A DNA stretch of 64,000 nt from Drouetiella sp. (GCA_036702965.1 DATNPZ010000001.1:70313-134312); one strand, 5' to 3'; shown: positions 19,073 to 28,855, counted from the first letter of the stretch. Translations and numbers: made by a program. The notes: generated by a model not told the origin, from the sequence alone.

Positions 19073-20170
19073 TTACTTTTGCGGCGGGAGCGCCACCACC
19101 AATCTCAACCAGCGCTTCATATCCGCTACCTCGTCACTTCTGTCAGTTGCGACGAGCAACTTCTCGAAATTAATCAACGTTCGTTGTGCCATGGGATGAA
19201 AAGGCTCATTCGCCCCGCTTCTGTAAGCAATATCCAGAAATTGCTCGCACAGGTCAAATTCTCCGCAATTGAAAAGCAACTCGCCTACTTCGTTGAATCT
19301 TTCTATCTCGGAAAGAGGCACAGCTGCTGCGCGATATCGAGCCAGATTGAGAAATTCCAGGCATGCGGATGTACCATGTGCTGGCTCGCCTTGCTTGAAG
19401 TAGTAAACGGCGGCGGCGGATAACATCGCGTATTTGTATTCGAACTGCCGAGAGATATCCGTGCTTTGAGCGACCCGAGAGTAGAATTCCTCGGTCATCT
19501 GAAAATAGGTTTGCGCCTCCAATAAATTGATGGGCTCGGAGTGCGTTTTCAAATACAACATAGAAAAAACAACAAACCAGCAGACGCTTGGACTGAAGCG
19601 ATCTGGAGTGTTGAGAACCGCTTGAACACATGGTTCAAGCAGCGTCGAAGCTTCATCGTAACGATGCAATCTAGACAGCGCGTTGGCAAGATTAGCTGTA
19701 ATCACGAATACAGAATCCAGTGATTTCGTTGCACCACCTCGATCCTGCACTTTTAGAGCTCGGCGAAAAAAATGTTCCGCTCTGTCGAAATTTGCAAGAG
19801 ATAACTCCCAGGTTCCGAGATTAGACAAACAAATAGCGTGAAATCTGTTGTTACGAAAAATACTGTACAAGGGCAGAAGCGACTGTTGCAAAAGAATTCG
19901 TCCACGCAAATTTTCTGGTTCGAATTTCTCGTAGGTAGCCACAACCATATGGATGAAGTAAGGGACAACAAACCATGAATAAATCGTCGCACAACTGAAA
20001 AGCAGACCCGCTGCGACCGGTGAATGCCCGATTGCACAGGCGATACCAAGCAATACCAGAGCAACCGGGATGGACACCATAACCACACAGATTATGATGC
20101 TTGGAATGGCCGCACGAGCAGCTTTAGAGCTTCCAACTGGAACGAGTGATGAATTGTCGGACTCGCTCAT
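19073..20170 (-). CDS. Membrane-anchored TPR repeat protein
   Basis: Two to three N-terminal TM helices (IIICVVMVSIPVALVLLGIACAIG...) are followed by TPR-like helical repeats. The start was moved to the ATG at 20170 (MSESDNSS). The ORF track extends to 20245. Confidence 0.5.
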   Translation of the reverse strand: MSESDNSSLVPVGSSKAARAAIPSIIICVVMVSIPVALVLLGIACAIGHSPVAAGLLFSCATIYSWFVVPYFIHMVVATYEKFEPENLRGRILLQQSLLPLYSIFRNNRFHAICLSNLGTWELSLANFDRAEHFFRRALKVQDRGGATKSLDSVFVITANLANALSRLHRYDEASTLLEPCVQAVLNTPDRFSPSVCWFVVFSMLYLKTHSEPINLLEAQTYFQMTEEFYSRVAQSTDISRQFEYKYAMLSAAAVYYFKQGEPAHGTSACLEFLNLARYRAAAVPLSEIERFNEVGELLFNCGEFDLCEQFLDIAYRSGANEPFHPMAQRTLINFEKLLVATDRSDEVADMKRWLRLVVALPPQK

Positions 20171-20314
20171 GAAATAGAACCTTTCAAAACATCTATTCTG
20201 CACGGACCCGGGATGTCGCATCCAGTGAGCTTTACGGTGTTGCAACTTCGGGCGGACTGGTGCCGGGGTAGTGGCATTTGCGCAGAAGGATAACTTGCGG
20301 CGACGAATATATTA

Positions 20315-20347
20315 TGACAAGAAAACGGGCACCATTTCTGGTGCCCG
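20315..20347 (-). terminator. Rho-independent terminator after the 20370..20615 gene
   Basis: The minus strand reads CGGGCACC-agaaat-GGTGCCCG followed by TTTTCTTGTC. Confidence 0.65.
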
Positions 20348-20369
20348 AATCGAATGCTTCAAATTCGTT

Positions 20370-20615
20370 TTAAGCGGCTTGCAACTGAACGTCGTAGATC
20401 AGTCTCACGAAATCATATTCAACGCGAATGGATACTGTATTTTCAGTTGCGAATTCCAGTCTGACGCGACCTAGAGTGCTTGTGCTGTATTCGCTCCAGT
20501 GTTCGGGAACGGAGACGATCACATTTTCTGGACCCCACTCTTCAACGTATGCCTTCAATACCTGACACAATTTGTCTTCGTCTTTAGGATCCTGAAACAT
20601 GCTCATTAAGTCCAC
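20370..20615 (-). CDS. Small hypothetical protein
   Basis: 81-aa ORF followed by an intrinsic terminator. No motif was recognised. Confidence 0.45.
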   Translation of the reverse strand: MDLMSMFQDPKDEDKLCQVLKAYVEEWGPENVIVSVPEHWSEYSTSTLGRVRLEFATENTVSIRVEYDFVRLIYDVQLQAA

Positions 20616-20748
20616 CTACGCTGAAGTCGCTGCTGCTTTGTGTGGAAATAATATGAAAACAAGCGGTCGGGGACAATTGGTGGAAATCCCACTGACTTCG
20701 TAGTTTTCCCACACCAGGATTAAACGCAAGCCTGTGGCGGTCTTTGGA

Positions 20749-20940
20749 CTACGACTTATAGCCTTTATCTATTCTGCATTCCATCGGCTCGACTTCGCCG
20801 GCGTCGGTATTCACGACTTGCAGCTTTCATCGGTTTGCATTCCATGTCTCGACTGCCCGGCGTCGATATTCTTGGTCACGACTTACAGCTTTTATCTGTT
20901 TTGCATTCCATCTGTTCGACCTGGATCGTCGTGTGATGGA
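20749..20940. repeat. Tandem array, 62-65 bp unit, 3 copies, seeded from the czcD-like 3' coding end plus stop
   Basis: ACGACTT starts at 20751, 20813 and 20878. The copy at 20876-20940 encodes TIQVEQMECKTDKSCKS plus TGA on the minus strand. Confidence 0.8.
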
Positions 20941-21805
20941 GGTCGAAATCGTCGTTGAGGATCTTCGTCACGGCTTTCAATACATCCTCTGATGGAACGC
21001 GGCTGTCGATGAGGATATGTCCAGACATGGAATCTAAACCTGCAGTGATAGTCCACACATGGATGTCGTGCACGTCGACTACGCCTTCGACTCCCGTGAT
21101 TGCCTTGCGTAAATTGGCCAGGTCAATGCGCCCAGGAGTTCCTTCCATGAGGATGTTCACGCACTCGGACAGCAAAAGCCAGGTGCGCGGAAGAATCGCA
21201 AATCCAATCAGTCCAGAGATGATCGGGTCGGCGGCATACCACCTGGTGAAGATGATGATTGTGCTGGAGACGATGACACCCAGCGAAGCAAGCGAGTCTC
21301 CGAGAATTTCGAGGTAGGCGGCGCGGACATTTATTGATGCATCTGCGCCCTGCTTAAGCATCTTCAGTGAGGCGAGCTGCATCGCCAGTCCGATGGCAGC
21401 GACGATTAAAACCGGCACGCCATGCACCTCTGGGGGATTGCTGATACGTCGATAAGCCTCCCAGACGATGAAGAGCGACAATCCGACCAGCGCTAGTGCG
21501 TTGAAAAATCCCGCCAGGATCTCACTGCGATAATAACCATAGGTTTTTCCTGGAGTTGCGGGTTTGCTCGAAAACCAGACAGCAAGCAATCCAAGGATTA
21601 ACGCAGCAACGTCGCTGAGCATGTGACCGGCGTCAGCGAACATTGCTAACGACCCTGTCAGGTAGCCGGTTATGACCTCTAAAACCATGAATGCCGCGGT
21701 TAAACCAAGGACTTTGAGCATTCCCTTTTTGCTCTCGTTGCGCACGTCGCCGTGGCTATGACCAGCACCATGACTGTGAGCACCTGAACCGTGACTATGT
21801 ACCAT
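20876..21805 (-). CDS. czcD: Cation diffusion facilitator (CDF) divalent-metal exporter
   Basis: It has a His-rich N-terminus (MVHSHGSGAHSHGAGHSHGD), six TM segments, and CDF motifs GSLAMFADAGHMLSD and HDIHVWTITAG. The ATG at 21805 overlaps the stop of the upstream metzincin gene by 11 nt. The ORF track extends to 21847. Confidence 0.85.
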   Translation of the reverse strand: MVHSHGSGAHSHGAGHSHGDVRNESKKGMLKVLGLTAAFMVLEVITGYLTGSLAMFADAGHMLSDVAALILGLLAVWFSSKPATPGKTYGYYRSEILAGFFNALALVGLSLFIVWEAYRRISNPPEVHGVPVLIVAAIGLAMQLASLKMLKQGADASINVRAAYLEILGDSLASLGVIVSSTIIIFTRWYAADPIISGLIGFAILPRTWLLLSECVNILMEGTPGRIDLANLRKAITGVEGVVDVHDIHVWTITAGLDSMSGHILIDSRVPSEDVLKAVTKILNDDFDLHHTTIQVEQMECKTDKSCKS

Positions 21806-22922
21806 CAGGCACCGCCGATTCGGCGTGGGTGGCAGCCGAGGGAGCATAGAGGCGCGTTATGGTGTGCGCATCGCGTTCGGTTAAATTGCGCCATTTGTCG
21901 GCGAGCAACGTCGAGTAAAACATTGCGTCATCAGGATTGGTTGTGTGACCGGTCAGACCCAGAGCGTGTCCAATCTCATGGAGAGAAATCATGCGTATGC
22001 GATTAGGCGTGATAGAAATACCGGGCATAAGCGGTACTGTGCAAAATTGAATCGTGCAGTGAACGATTCCGGCGCTATTGCTGGATAGGCGGGCTTCGCC
22101 AGCTTCGGCTCTGTTGGCTAATTTGGCCGGGTTATTGGTCCACGAAACTTCTACATCAGACTGTGCTGCTGCTGGAACGAACTTGAAACTGAGTTCGCCG
22201 CCAGAAGCCGCCGACCAATCCTTGAAAGACTGCTGCACGATCTCAGCGTATTTCGGTTGAAACCCAGGCACGCCGACACCCGCACGCATGTAGACCTTAA
22301 TCGGCAAACGTTCGCTCGGCCAGCGCATGGTGCCCTGACGTGTAACGTCGCCCAGATAGTCTTTAGGAGAAGGATTGGAAGGCGCCGTCATCCCAAGGGT
22401 GCGGACAGTGCTCGTTGTTTCCGCAGAGAACTCCTTTTGAAGCCCCTGGACGAGACTGCTGATTTTCGGTGCGTCTTTGCTTGTGGGAAAGCGTGTTAGA
22501 AAGCTCTTGTAGATTTTTATCGCCTCATCAACATTTCCGGATGATTGGTAGAGTCCACCGAGACTCAACCATCCGGTTTCAAGCGATGGCTTCAGCCTGA
22601 GAGCTTGATTGAGTTGGTCGATGGCATCAGGTGTGTCTCCAAGCTTAGCTAGAGCGAGAGCATAGTTGTGATGCGCTTCGGCGAAATCTGGAGCGATAGC
22701 TATTGCCTGTTTCAACTTTTCGGCAGCTTCCTGGTTGCGATTCGCGCGCAGCAGATTCGTGCCCTCGGTCAAGAATGGACCTGCCTCAAAATAGGAGCGC
22801 GGGACAGGTTTTCCATCCATCATGTAATGTTCGCCAGTCTGCGCGAAGGCACCACCCGTGATTGCGACGGATAGAAGTAACATCAGATTCGCGATGGAGA
22901 TTTTGCCGAGGGAAGAGTTCAT
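21795..22922 (-). CDS. Secreted TPR - metzincin (matrixin-like) zinc metalloprotease, paralogue of 7467..9242
   Basis: 375 aa with a signal peptide, TPR repeats and HEIGHALGLTGH plus AMF. MRWPSERLPIKVYMRAG aligns with FRWTKEKLPIKVYVQNA of the paralogue. Confidence 0.75.
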   Translation of the reverse strand: MNSSLGKISIANLMLLLSVAITGGAFAQTGEHYMMDGKPVPRSYFEAGPFLTEGTNLLRANRNQEAAEKLKQAIAIAPDFAEAHHNYALALAKLGDTPDAIDQLNQALRLKPSLETGWLSLGGLYQSSGNVDEAIKIYKSFLTRFPTSKDAPKISSLVQGLQKEFSAETTSTVRTLGMTAPSNPSPKDYLGDVTRQGTMRWPSERLPIKVYMRAGVGVPGFQPKYAEIVQQSFKDWSAASGGELSFKFVPAAAQSDVEVSWTNNPAKLANRAEAGEARLSSNSAGIVHCTIQFCTVPLMPGISITPNRIRMISLHEIGHALGLTGHTTNPDDAMFYSTLLADKWRNLTERDAHTITRLYAPSAATHAESAVPDGT

Positions 22923-22951
22923 ATCTACCCTAACTTTATCAAAGAATCAGC

Positions 22952-24175
22952 CTAGCGTTTTGCAGCAGCAGGTTCAGCTTCGTCCAGGCAAGAGACACCG
23001 GGAAGTTCCAGACCTTCGATAAACTCCAGCGACGCACCACCACCAGTACTTACGTGAGTAAGCTTCTCCGGGTCCACTCCTTTAGTTCCAAGAGCAGCAA
23101 CGGAGTCGCCTCCGCCGACTATCGTCTTGACACCATTGGCGGTGAGGTCGACGAGCGTGTCGATCAAATGATATGTGGCTTTTTCGAAACCTTTAGTCTC
23201 GAAAACACCAAGTGGACCGTTCCACAAAATTGTTTTGCAATTCGCTAACTCTTTATCGATCAATGCCGATGTCTTCGGACCAACGTCAAGTCCCATTTGG
23301 TCTGCGGGGATGCTGTCGACATCAACTGTCACGCTAGCGGCGCCTTCCTTGATTTCTTTGGCACAGATGACGTCGAGAGGAAGAACGATGGTCACACCTT
23401 TCGACTTTGCCTTTTCCAGAAGTTCACGACAATAGTCGACTCGATCTTCTTCAACTAGCGATTTACCAGTCTGCTTGCCCTGAGCTTTCAGGAAACTGAA
23501 AGCCATAGCGCCACCGATAACAATTACATTTGCTTTGCCCAGAAGATTTTCCAGCACGCCAATTTTGGACGAGACTTTGGCGCCACCGATGATAGTGGCA
23601 AACGGACGGACTGGATTGTCCAGAGCTTGCGAGAGATGTTGGATCTCTTTTTCCATCAAGAAGCCTGCCAATGCTGGTCTTACGACATGAGCCACACCTT
23701 CTGTACTGGCATGTGCTCTGTGCGCAGTGCCGAATGCGTCGTTGACATAAACATCGCCGAGCCAACCGAGTTTCTTCGCGAATTCTTTGTCGTTCTTCTC
23801 TTCCTCGGCATAAAACCGGAGATTTTCAAGCAAGCAGACATCGCCATCTTTCAATTCATTTACGACTTTTTCGGCTTCGGCGCCAACGCAATCTTTAGCA
23901 AAGAGAACTTTTGCGCCTATCAACTGACTGAGTTTTTCGGACACAGGACGCAGACTGAGCTTCTCAGAAGGACCTTTTGGTCGTCCGAGGTGGGACATGA
24001 GCACCACTCGAGCATTGCTCTCACGAAGGAAATTGATGGTTGGAATCGCAGCTTTGATACGCGAGTCGTCTGCGACCGAGCAATCTTCGTTCAAAGGAAC
24101 GTTGAAATCTACTCGAACCAATACTCGCTTTCCATCGAATGTTGATGGAGCAGCTTGTGCGATTGTTTTCTTCAT
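22952..24175 (-). CDS. pgk: Phosphoglycerate kinase
   Basis: 407 aa. RVDFNVPL, SHLGRPKG and the STGGGASLEF motifs are present. Confidence 0.97.
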   Translation of the reverse strand: MKKTIAQAAPSTFDGKRVLVRVDFNVPLNEDCSVADDSRIKAAIPTINFLRESNARVVLMSHLGRPKGPSEKLSLRPVSEKLSQLIGAKVLFAKDCVGAEAEKVVNELKDGDVCLLENLRFYAEEEKNDKEFAKKLGWLGDVYVNDAFGTAHRAHASTEGVAHVVRPALAGFLMEKEIQHLSQALDNPVRPFATIIGGAKVSSKIGVLENLLGKANVIVIGGAMAFSFLKAQGKQTGKSLVEEDRVDYCRELLEKAKSKGVTIVLPLDVICAKEIKEGAASVTVDVDSIPADQMGLDVGPKTSALIDKELANCKTILWNGPLGVFETKGFEKATYHLIDTLVDLTANGVKTIVGGGDSVAALGTKGVDPEKLTHVSTGGGASLEFIEGLELPGVSCLDEAEPAAAKR

Positions 24176-24306
24176 CAGTTCTTCCTCGAGAGTTGCACGG
24201 TCGGCGTACTAAAAATCGCCAACGCGACTAAGTTTGAATAAGTTATGCGCGGAGTCAATCTGGTGCTTTCGAAAACTCCGAAATAGTTGAATGTATCACC
24301 TGAGTA

Positions 24307-24336
24307 AAACACCTGCCTCTTGCGAAGCAGGTGTTT
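24307..24336 (-). terminator. Hairpin between gap and pgk (possible intrinsic terminator/attenuator)
   Basis: AAACACCTGC, a 10-nt loop, then GCAGGTGTTT give a 10-bp perfect stem. The A/T flanks make it potentially bidirectional. The U-tract is weak. Confidence 0.4.
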
Positions 24337-24353
24337 ATCAGATTCTTCGTGGA

Positions 24354-25376
24354 CTAGACTTTAACAGCCATCTTGTTGGCGACGATACCAGCAAGTTCGA
24401 TCAGTCTGTTGCTGTAGCCCCATTCATTGTCGTACCAGGCTAGAACTTTGACCATCTTATTTTCAACGATCATAGTCAACTCTGAGTCAACGATTGACGA
24501 GTTCTTGTTGCCGCCGAAGTCAGACGAAACCAGTGGAACGTCAGTAACCTGAAGCAAACCTTTCAATTTGCCGCCGGCTGCATCTTTCAGTGCCTGGTTG
24601 ACTGATTCTACAGTTACGTCTTTTTTGACGTTCACAACGAGGTCGACAACACTCACGTTTGGAGTTGGGACGCGCATTGCGAAACCGTTCAACTTGCCTT
24701 TCAAGTGAGGCAAGACAAGACCGATCGCTTTTGCAGCGCCAGTGCTTGATGGGATCATCGAGACAGCGGCTGCACGAGCGCGGCGCATGTCGCTATGGGC
24801 TGTGTCCAACAAGCGTTGGTCGAGAGTGTAGCTGTGGATGGTGGTCATCAAACCGTGCTCGATGCCGAAAGCTTCATCGAGAACTTTAGCTACTGGAGCC
24901 AAACAGTTTGTTGTGCATGAAGCATTAGAGATGATGTTGTGCTTCTCTGGGTCGTACAAGTTGTCGTTGACGCCGATAACGATGGTGATGTCTTCGCCCT
25001 TAGCTGGAGCAGAGATCAGCACCTTCTTAGCGCCTGCGTTGATGTGACCTTTTGCTTTTTCAGCATCAGTGAAAACGCCGCTGCACTCGAGAACGATGTC
25101 GATATTCAACTTACCCCAAGGGCAGTTGCCTGGTTCGCGTTCTTTCGAAACTTGGATTTCTTTGCCGTTGATGATCAACGATGTTTCGTTGTGGTCGACG
25201 GTATGCTTCAACTCACCAAGTACGGTATCGTACTTAAGTAAGTGAGCGGATGTTTTGATATCTTGCAATGGATCGTTGATTGCAACGATTTCTACGCCCT
25301 TTGGTTGGGCATCGAGAAACGCGCGCATTGCATTGCGACCAATGCGTCCGAATCCGTTAATTGCTACTCTAGCCAT
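24354..25376 (-). CDS. gap: Glyceraldehyde-3-phosphate dehydrogenase
   Basis: 340 aa. It has INGFGRIGR, the active site [12 protein letters not shown], and WYDNEWGYS. Confidence 0.97.
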   Translation of the reverse strand: MARVAINGFGRIGRNAMRAFLDAQPKGVEIVAINDPLQDIKTSAHLLKYDTVLGELKHTVDHNETSLIINGKEIQVSKEREPGNCPWGKLNIDIVLECSGVFTDAEKAKGHINAGAKKVLISAPAKGEDITIVIGVNDNLYDPEKHNIISNASCTTNCLAPVAKVLDEAFGIEHGLMTTIHSYTLDQRLLDTAHSDMRRARAAAVSMIPSSTGAAKAIGLVLPHLKGKLNGFAMRVPTPNVSVVDLVVNVKKDVTVESVNQALKDAAGGKLKGLLQVTDVPLVSSDFGGNKNSSIVDSELTMIVENKMVKVLAWYDNEWGYSNRLIELAGIVANKMAVKV

Positions 25377-25697
25377 AACTGCTTGAACTCCTCACGGTGT
25401 CTGACCTAGCTGCCTGAAACTACGCTGAATTTGACTGCACGAATGGCGCAAACAGGCGCAGGGCACAGATTTTTCTTTGCCAGAGTAGAGGATACTGCGA
25501 ATCCAGGCGGATCTCGATATGTTTTACTTACTCTTAAAAGTATTGCCTACAATTCTTCATTTTTGCTGAATCGCAGGGGTGATGAGCTGGCAAAGCGATA
25601 AGCTTATAAGTAGAGATGTGGATAAATGGCTTGCTGCAAAGGAATTCCTGAGCTAAGCTGGAGAAGGCAAGTCCACGTCAGAAATAGAGGTTTAACC

Positions 25698-25916
25698 ATG
25701 CACGAACAAGTTGAAGCAGTCCTGGACAAGCTGCGTCCAATGCTGATGATGGACGGCGGCAACATTGAATTGGTGGATGTCAAAGATAACGAAGTGTTCG
25801 TTCATCTCGTAGGCGCATGCGGCATGTGCCCAAGCTCCACAATGACGCTTAAAATGGGTGTCGAGCGTGCTTTGAAAGAAGCGATGCCGGAGATCATCCG
25901 AGTCGTAGCGGTTTAA
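25698..25916 (+). CDS. NifU-like (Nfu C-terminal domain) Fe-S scaffold protein
   Basis: [26 protein letters not shown]...GACGMCPSS contains a CxxC motif. An AGAGG RBS lies 7 nt upstream of the ATG at 25698. The ORF track extends to 25626. Confidence 0.85.
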   Translation: MHEQVEAVLDKLRPMLMMDGGNIELVDVKDNEVFVHLVGACGMCPSSTMTLKMGVERALKEAMPEIIRVVAV

Positions 25917-25940
25917 GCAACCGTCAGTCAAATCAGTACC

Positions 25941-25978
25941 GAGCCGGACGCGCGAAAGAGCGTCCGGCTCTTTGCTTT
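25941..25978 (+). terminator. Rho-independent terminator after nfu-like gene
   Basis: GAGCCGGACG, a 10-nt loop, then CGTCCGGCTC, followed by TTTGCTTT. Confidence 0.8.
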
Positions 25979-25990
25979 AGCTCCCTCTAA

Positions 25991-26014
25991 AAATTAAGAG
26001 ATATCTGTTTATTA
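25991..26014. repeat. Dispersed palindromic element copy
   Basis: The sequence is aaaTTAAGAGATATCTGTTTAtta. The left half is perfect and the right half is partly degenerate. It is intergenic. Confidence 0.65.
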
Positions 26015-26133
26015 TCAGAGCCAGTCCTGACCCGACTCTTTGTCGAAGACTCGACACGCCCAACACTTGACTTCATGGATTATCCACAATGATCAGCCAT
26101 GCTCAAAAAAACAGCAGCCACAGGGGCATTGTC

Positions 26134-27738
26134 ATGATTAAGTCCACCCGGATCTGGTGCACCATTCTCGCCGCTCTCGGCAGCATGGGTGCCGCTGTGG
26201 CTCACGGGCACGGCGGTGGAGGCGGGCACATGTCGATGGGGCACTCATCGTTCCACGCAAGCTCCTTTCACTCATCTCCATCATTCCATTCGTTTCACTC
26301 GTCATCATCGTTTCACTCGACGCCTTCGTTTCATTCTTCGTCTTTCAGCTCTTCCCCATCCTTTCACTCGTCGTCGTTCAGTTCCTCGCCCTCTTACCAT
26401 TCGTCCTCTTTTGGTTCTTCAGATTTTGGAAGCTCGAGCCACACGAGCTCTGTATACTTTCCAAACCATACGAGTTTCGGAGAGAACGGCTTGAATAACG
26501 GCTCATCTGAGTCGCACCATCACGGCTTTCTCTTTTTTGGCGGACACCACAATCACAACACCATGGAAAATGCGCAGGGTGCATCATCCGTGGCTGGTGG
26601 CGGATTACAAAATGTCAGTACGATTCCGGGAAGCACAGGCGCGCAGAACGTGAACGCGCTGTCGGGCATGCAAGAGCATCACGGCGGCTTTTTGTTTTTC
26701 GGACATCATCACCACAATTCGATGGAAGATGCGAATGGAAATCCAGTGGCCTACTCGCATCACCATCATTCCAATTACAGCAATTTCAACAGCAACGTTT
26801 ATTCGAGCCAACTTCCGCCATCAGGCATGGTGATAAACATGGCGACACCACCAGCGGTGCAGCCTGTGCCGATCAATCTCTCAGTCGCGAAGTACTTCTA
26901 TAACTCGACTCCTCGCATTTACTATAATCCAGCCCGATACTACAACAGCTACACGAACTACAATCCGGGATATTTTGGCTCTTATGGCTCGAATTACAGC
27001 GGCTACGGCTATTCACCGACCGGTGGCATGACCTATCTTTTCTTCCGGCTGCTATCTCTGATTGGAATGGGTCCGAGTTATTACGGATACGGCTCGACAG
27101 CCGGTTATGGATACTCGCCGAATGCATTCCTTGGCACCTGGGGACCAGCTTCAAGCCTCGCTGGACCAGATATGGACCAGAATGCGAATGCAACGAATTT
27201 CGTCAATAACTACGACAACTTCAACTACGCTGGCGGACCGGTAGCACCATTCGCGAATATGGGACCAGCAAATGGCACTGCCGATGATGGCACGACACAT
27301 AATTTCTACGATCAAAACGGCGATCCTCAGATTGGGCAAGACCCCAATCTACAGGGACTCAGTGCTACAAGTGCAGGCAGTTTAGACGCCCAGCAAAATT
27401 TGACTGCAATGTTGGGACCGAACGCCGCGCCTGGATACCAGAATTTTGGTCAGCAAAATTATTCGCAGTCTATAGATAGTGCCGATTCGAACTCGATTCA
27501 ATCTGGAGATAGCGCAAATGAACCACCGCCGTTCAATCAGATTGCGCCTCAAACTTACGGATACCATAACCGCGGTGTGCTGGGCAGCGCTTTCGTGCAT
27601 TCCCGCGAGCTGCCTAAAGGTTCATATCAAGCTCCTGAGCTGCTTGGCATAGTGTTCACCCATCAATTTTGGAATCAGCAAAATGAGTCGCAAACTGACG
27701 ATAACGACCAAACTGATTCAATGACGGCTCAGAATTGA
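26134..27738 (+). CDS. Secreted low-complexity His/Ser/Phe- and Tyr/Gly/Asn-rich protein
   Basis: The signal peptide is MIKSTRIWCTILAALGSMGAAVA-HG. It is followed by (S/P)SFHS-type repeats, then two copies of a HHHGFLFFG(G)HH(H)HN(T/S)ME(N/D)A module, then a Y/G/N/S-rich region. An AGGGG RBS precedes the ATG at 26134. The ORF track extends to 26089. Confidence 0.6.
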   Translation: MIKSTRIWCTILAALGSMGAAVAHGHGGGGGHMSMGHSSFHASSFHSSPSFHSFHSSSSFHSTPSFHSSSFSSSPSFHSSSFSSSPSYHSSSFGSSDFGSSSHTSSVYFPNHTSFGENGLNNGSSESHHHGFLFFGGHHNHNTMENAQGASSVAGGGLQNVSTIPGSTGAQNVNALSGMQEHHGGFLFFGHHHHNSMEDANGNPVAYSHHHHSNYSNFNSNVYSSQLPPSGMVINMATPPAVQPVPINLSVAKYFYNSTPRIYYNPARYYNSYTNYNPGYFGSYGSNYSGYGYSPTGGMTYLFFRLLSLIGMGPSYYGYGSTAGYGYSPNAFLGTWGPASSLAGPDMDQNANATNFVNNYDNFNYAGGPVAPFANMGPANGTADDGTTHNFYDQNGDPQIGQDPNLQGLSATSAGSLDAQQNLTAMLGPNAAPGYQNFGQQNYSQSIDSADSNSIQSGDSANEPPPFNQIAPQTYGYHNRGVLGSAFVHSRELPKGSYQAPELLGIVFTHQFWNQQNESQTDDNDQTDSMTAQN

Positions 27739-27783
27739 TCCTAAATAAATGAATGAATAAATGAGTCTCAGCAAGCTGGAAAC

Positions 27784-28053
27784 TCACTTCGGCTGATTCT
27801 TCTCTCTCGGCTTCACCTGCGATTGCTTGTCCGAAATTGCCGGAAGATGCACTGTCGAGTTTTTTTCGTTCGACTCGATATGCTCATTTTTAGCCTGGCG
27901 CATCAGGAACGCATTATAGGCAGACTGGCGCCGTTCCTCATTCAAGTCGTGTATGCGGACACTGATCGCGTATTGAAGTAACAAGCAACCGACTCCAATC
28001 ACAAAGAAAAATATCGCGGCTTTGCCGTAGAACGCGGTCATATTCTTTCGCAT
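27784..28053 (-). CDS. Small single-pass membrane protein
   Basis: 89 aa with one TM helix (AAIFFFVIGVGCLLLQYAISV) and a charged tail. Confidence 0.4.
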   Translation of the reverse strand: MRKNMTAFYGKAAIFFFVIGVGCLLLQYAISVRIHDLNEERRQSAYNAFLMRQAKNEHIESNEKNSTVHLPAISDKQSQVKPREKNQPK

Positions 28054-28079
28054 AGTTTTCTCATCGTAGTTTGATTTGC

Positions 28080-28340
28080 TTATTGGTCTTCCTCCATTTT
28101 AACGAGACCAAACAAATCCAGATATGAATACATGCCCTCAGGCGACTCGTTTAGGACTTCGAGCATTTTGGAAACAGATGAACATGGAAACAGATGAACA
28201 GGGAAGAATCCAATAAGCACTGTATTTTTCAAAGCTGCGGTGATTGAAGAAAGAGCCGTCTGCTCAACCGTCTTGCAAATAGAATAATTTTTGGAGAAAA
28301 AACCGATTGAATCGTCTGAAAACAGAAAGGACGATATCAT
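28080..28340 (-). CDS. Hypothetical ORF (weak)
   Basis: 86-aa ORF only, with no motif. It lies 50 nt downstream of another short ORF in a different frame. Confidence 0.25.
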   Translation of the reverse strand: MISSFLFSDDSIGFFSKNYSICKTVEQTALSSITAALKNTVLIGFFPVHLFPCSSVSKMLEVLNESPEGMYSYLDLFGLVKMEEDQ

Positions 28341-28390
28341 CTGTCTGGCATCGTCCCCGTCGGTGGTTATTTTGTTCTACTGGGCGGCGA

Positions 28391-28609
28391 TCAAGCTATC
28401 TCTTTTTTTGTGAAAAGATCGATGATGCGAATCGCAGCCCGTCCAAAAAAATTGGTTCGCTGTATGCGTCGAAGATGCCTCATGTCGCGGCGTTTCCGGG
28501 CGACAGCAAGTTCGTCGCAAACAAAAGGTTGCGCGTCATCTGAAAGCACAGACAGATAAACCTTGTTCGGATCTACGCGACGAAGTGGATTAGCTTGACT
28601 GGATAACAT
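28391..28609 (-). CDS. Hypothetical ORF (weak)
   Basis: 72-aa basic ORF only, with no motif. Confidence 0.25.
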   Translation of the reverse strand: MLSSQANPLRRVDPNKVYLSVLSDDAQPFVCDELAVARKRRDMRHLRRIQRTNFFGRAAIRIIDLFTKKEIA

Positions 28610-28855
28610 GGTGCTGTACCTTTTCCGGGAACCACAGCAACAATAGAACTTTTACAGAGAACTTAAATCCAGCACGTGCGGTATCCCCCGAAAACATTTT
28701 TGAACAATTACTCGAGACACGAAACGCTGTAGACGCCCTTAACATGGGGCATTAGCAGCTCACTCAACCAACACGGCTCGAAAAATTTTCATCGCTGAAA
28801 TTCAAGATAATCACTCGCGAGAATTTTTTTTATTGTTTTCTGGTTGTTCTTCGCT

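Noticed and set aside
26080-26088. Consensus DnaA box TTATCCACA, as a hint of a replication origin
   Set aside because: It is a single box with no cluster, no AT-rich unwinding element and no dnaA/dnaN nearby.
28080-28609. Two short minus-strand ORFs in different frames, 50 nt apart: possibly a frameshifted pseudogene or a toxin-antitoxin pair
   Set aside because: Neither has a recognisable domain, so I cannot distinguish a pseudogene from two small genes or from noncoding sequence. I list them only as low-confidence ORFs.
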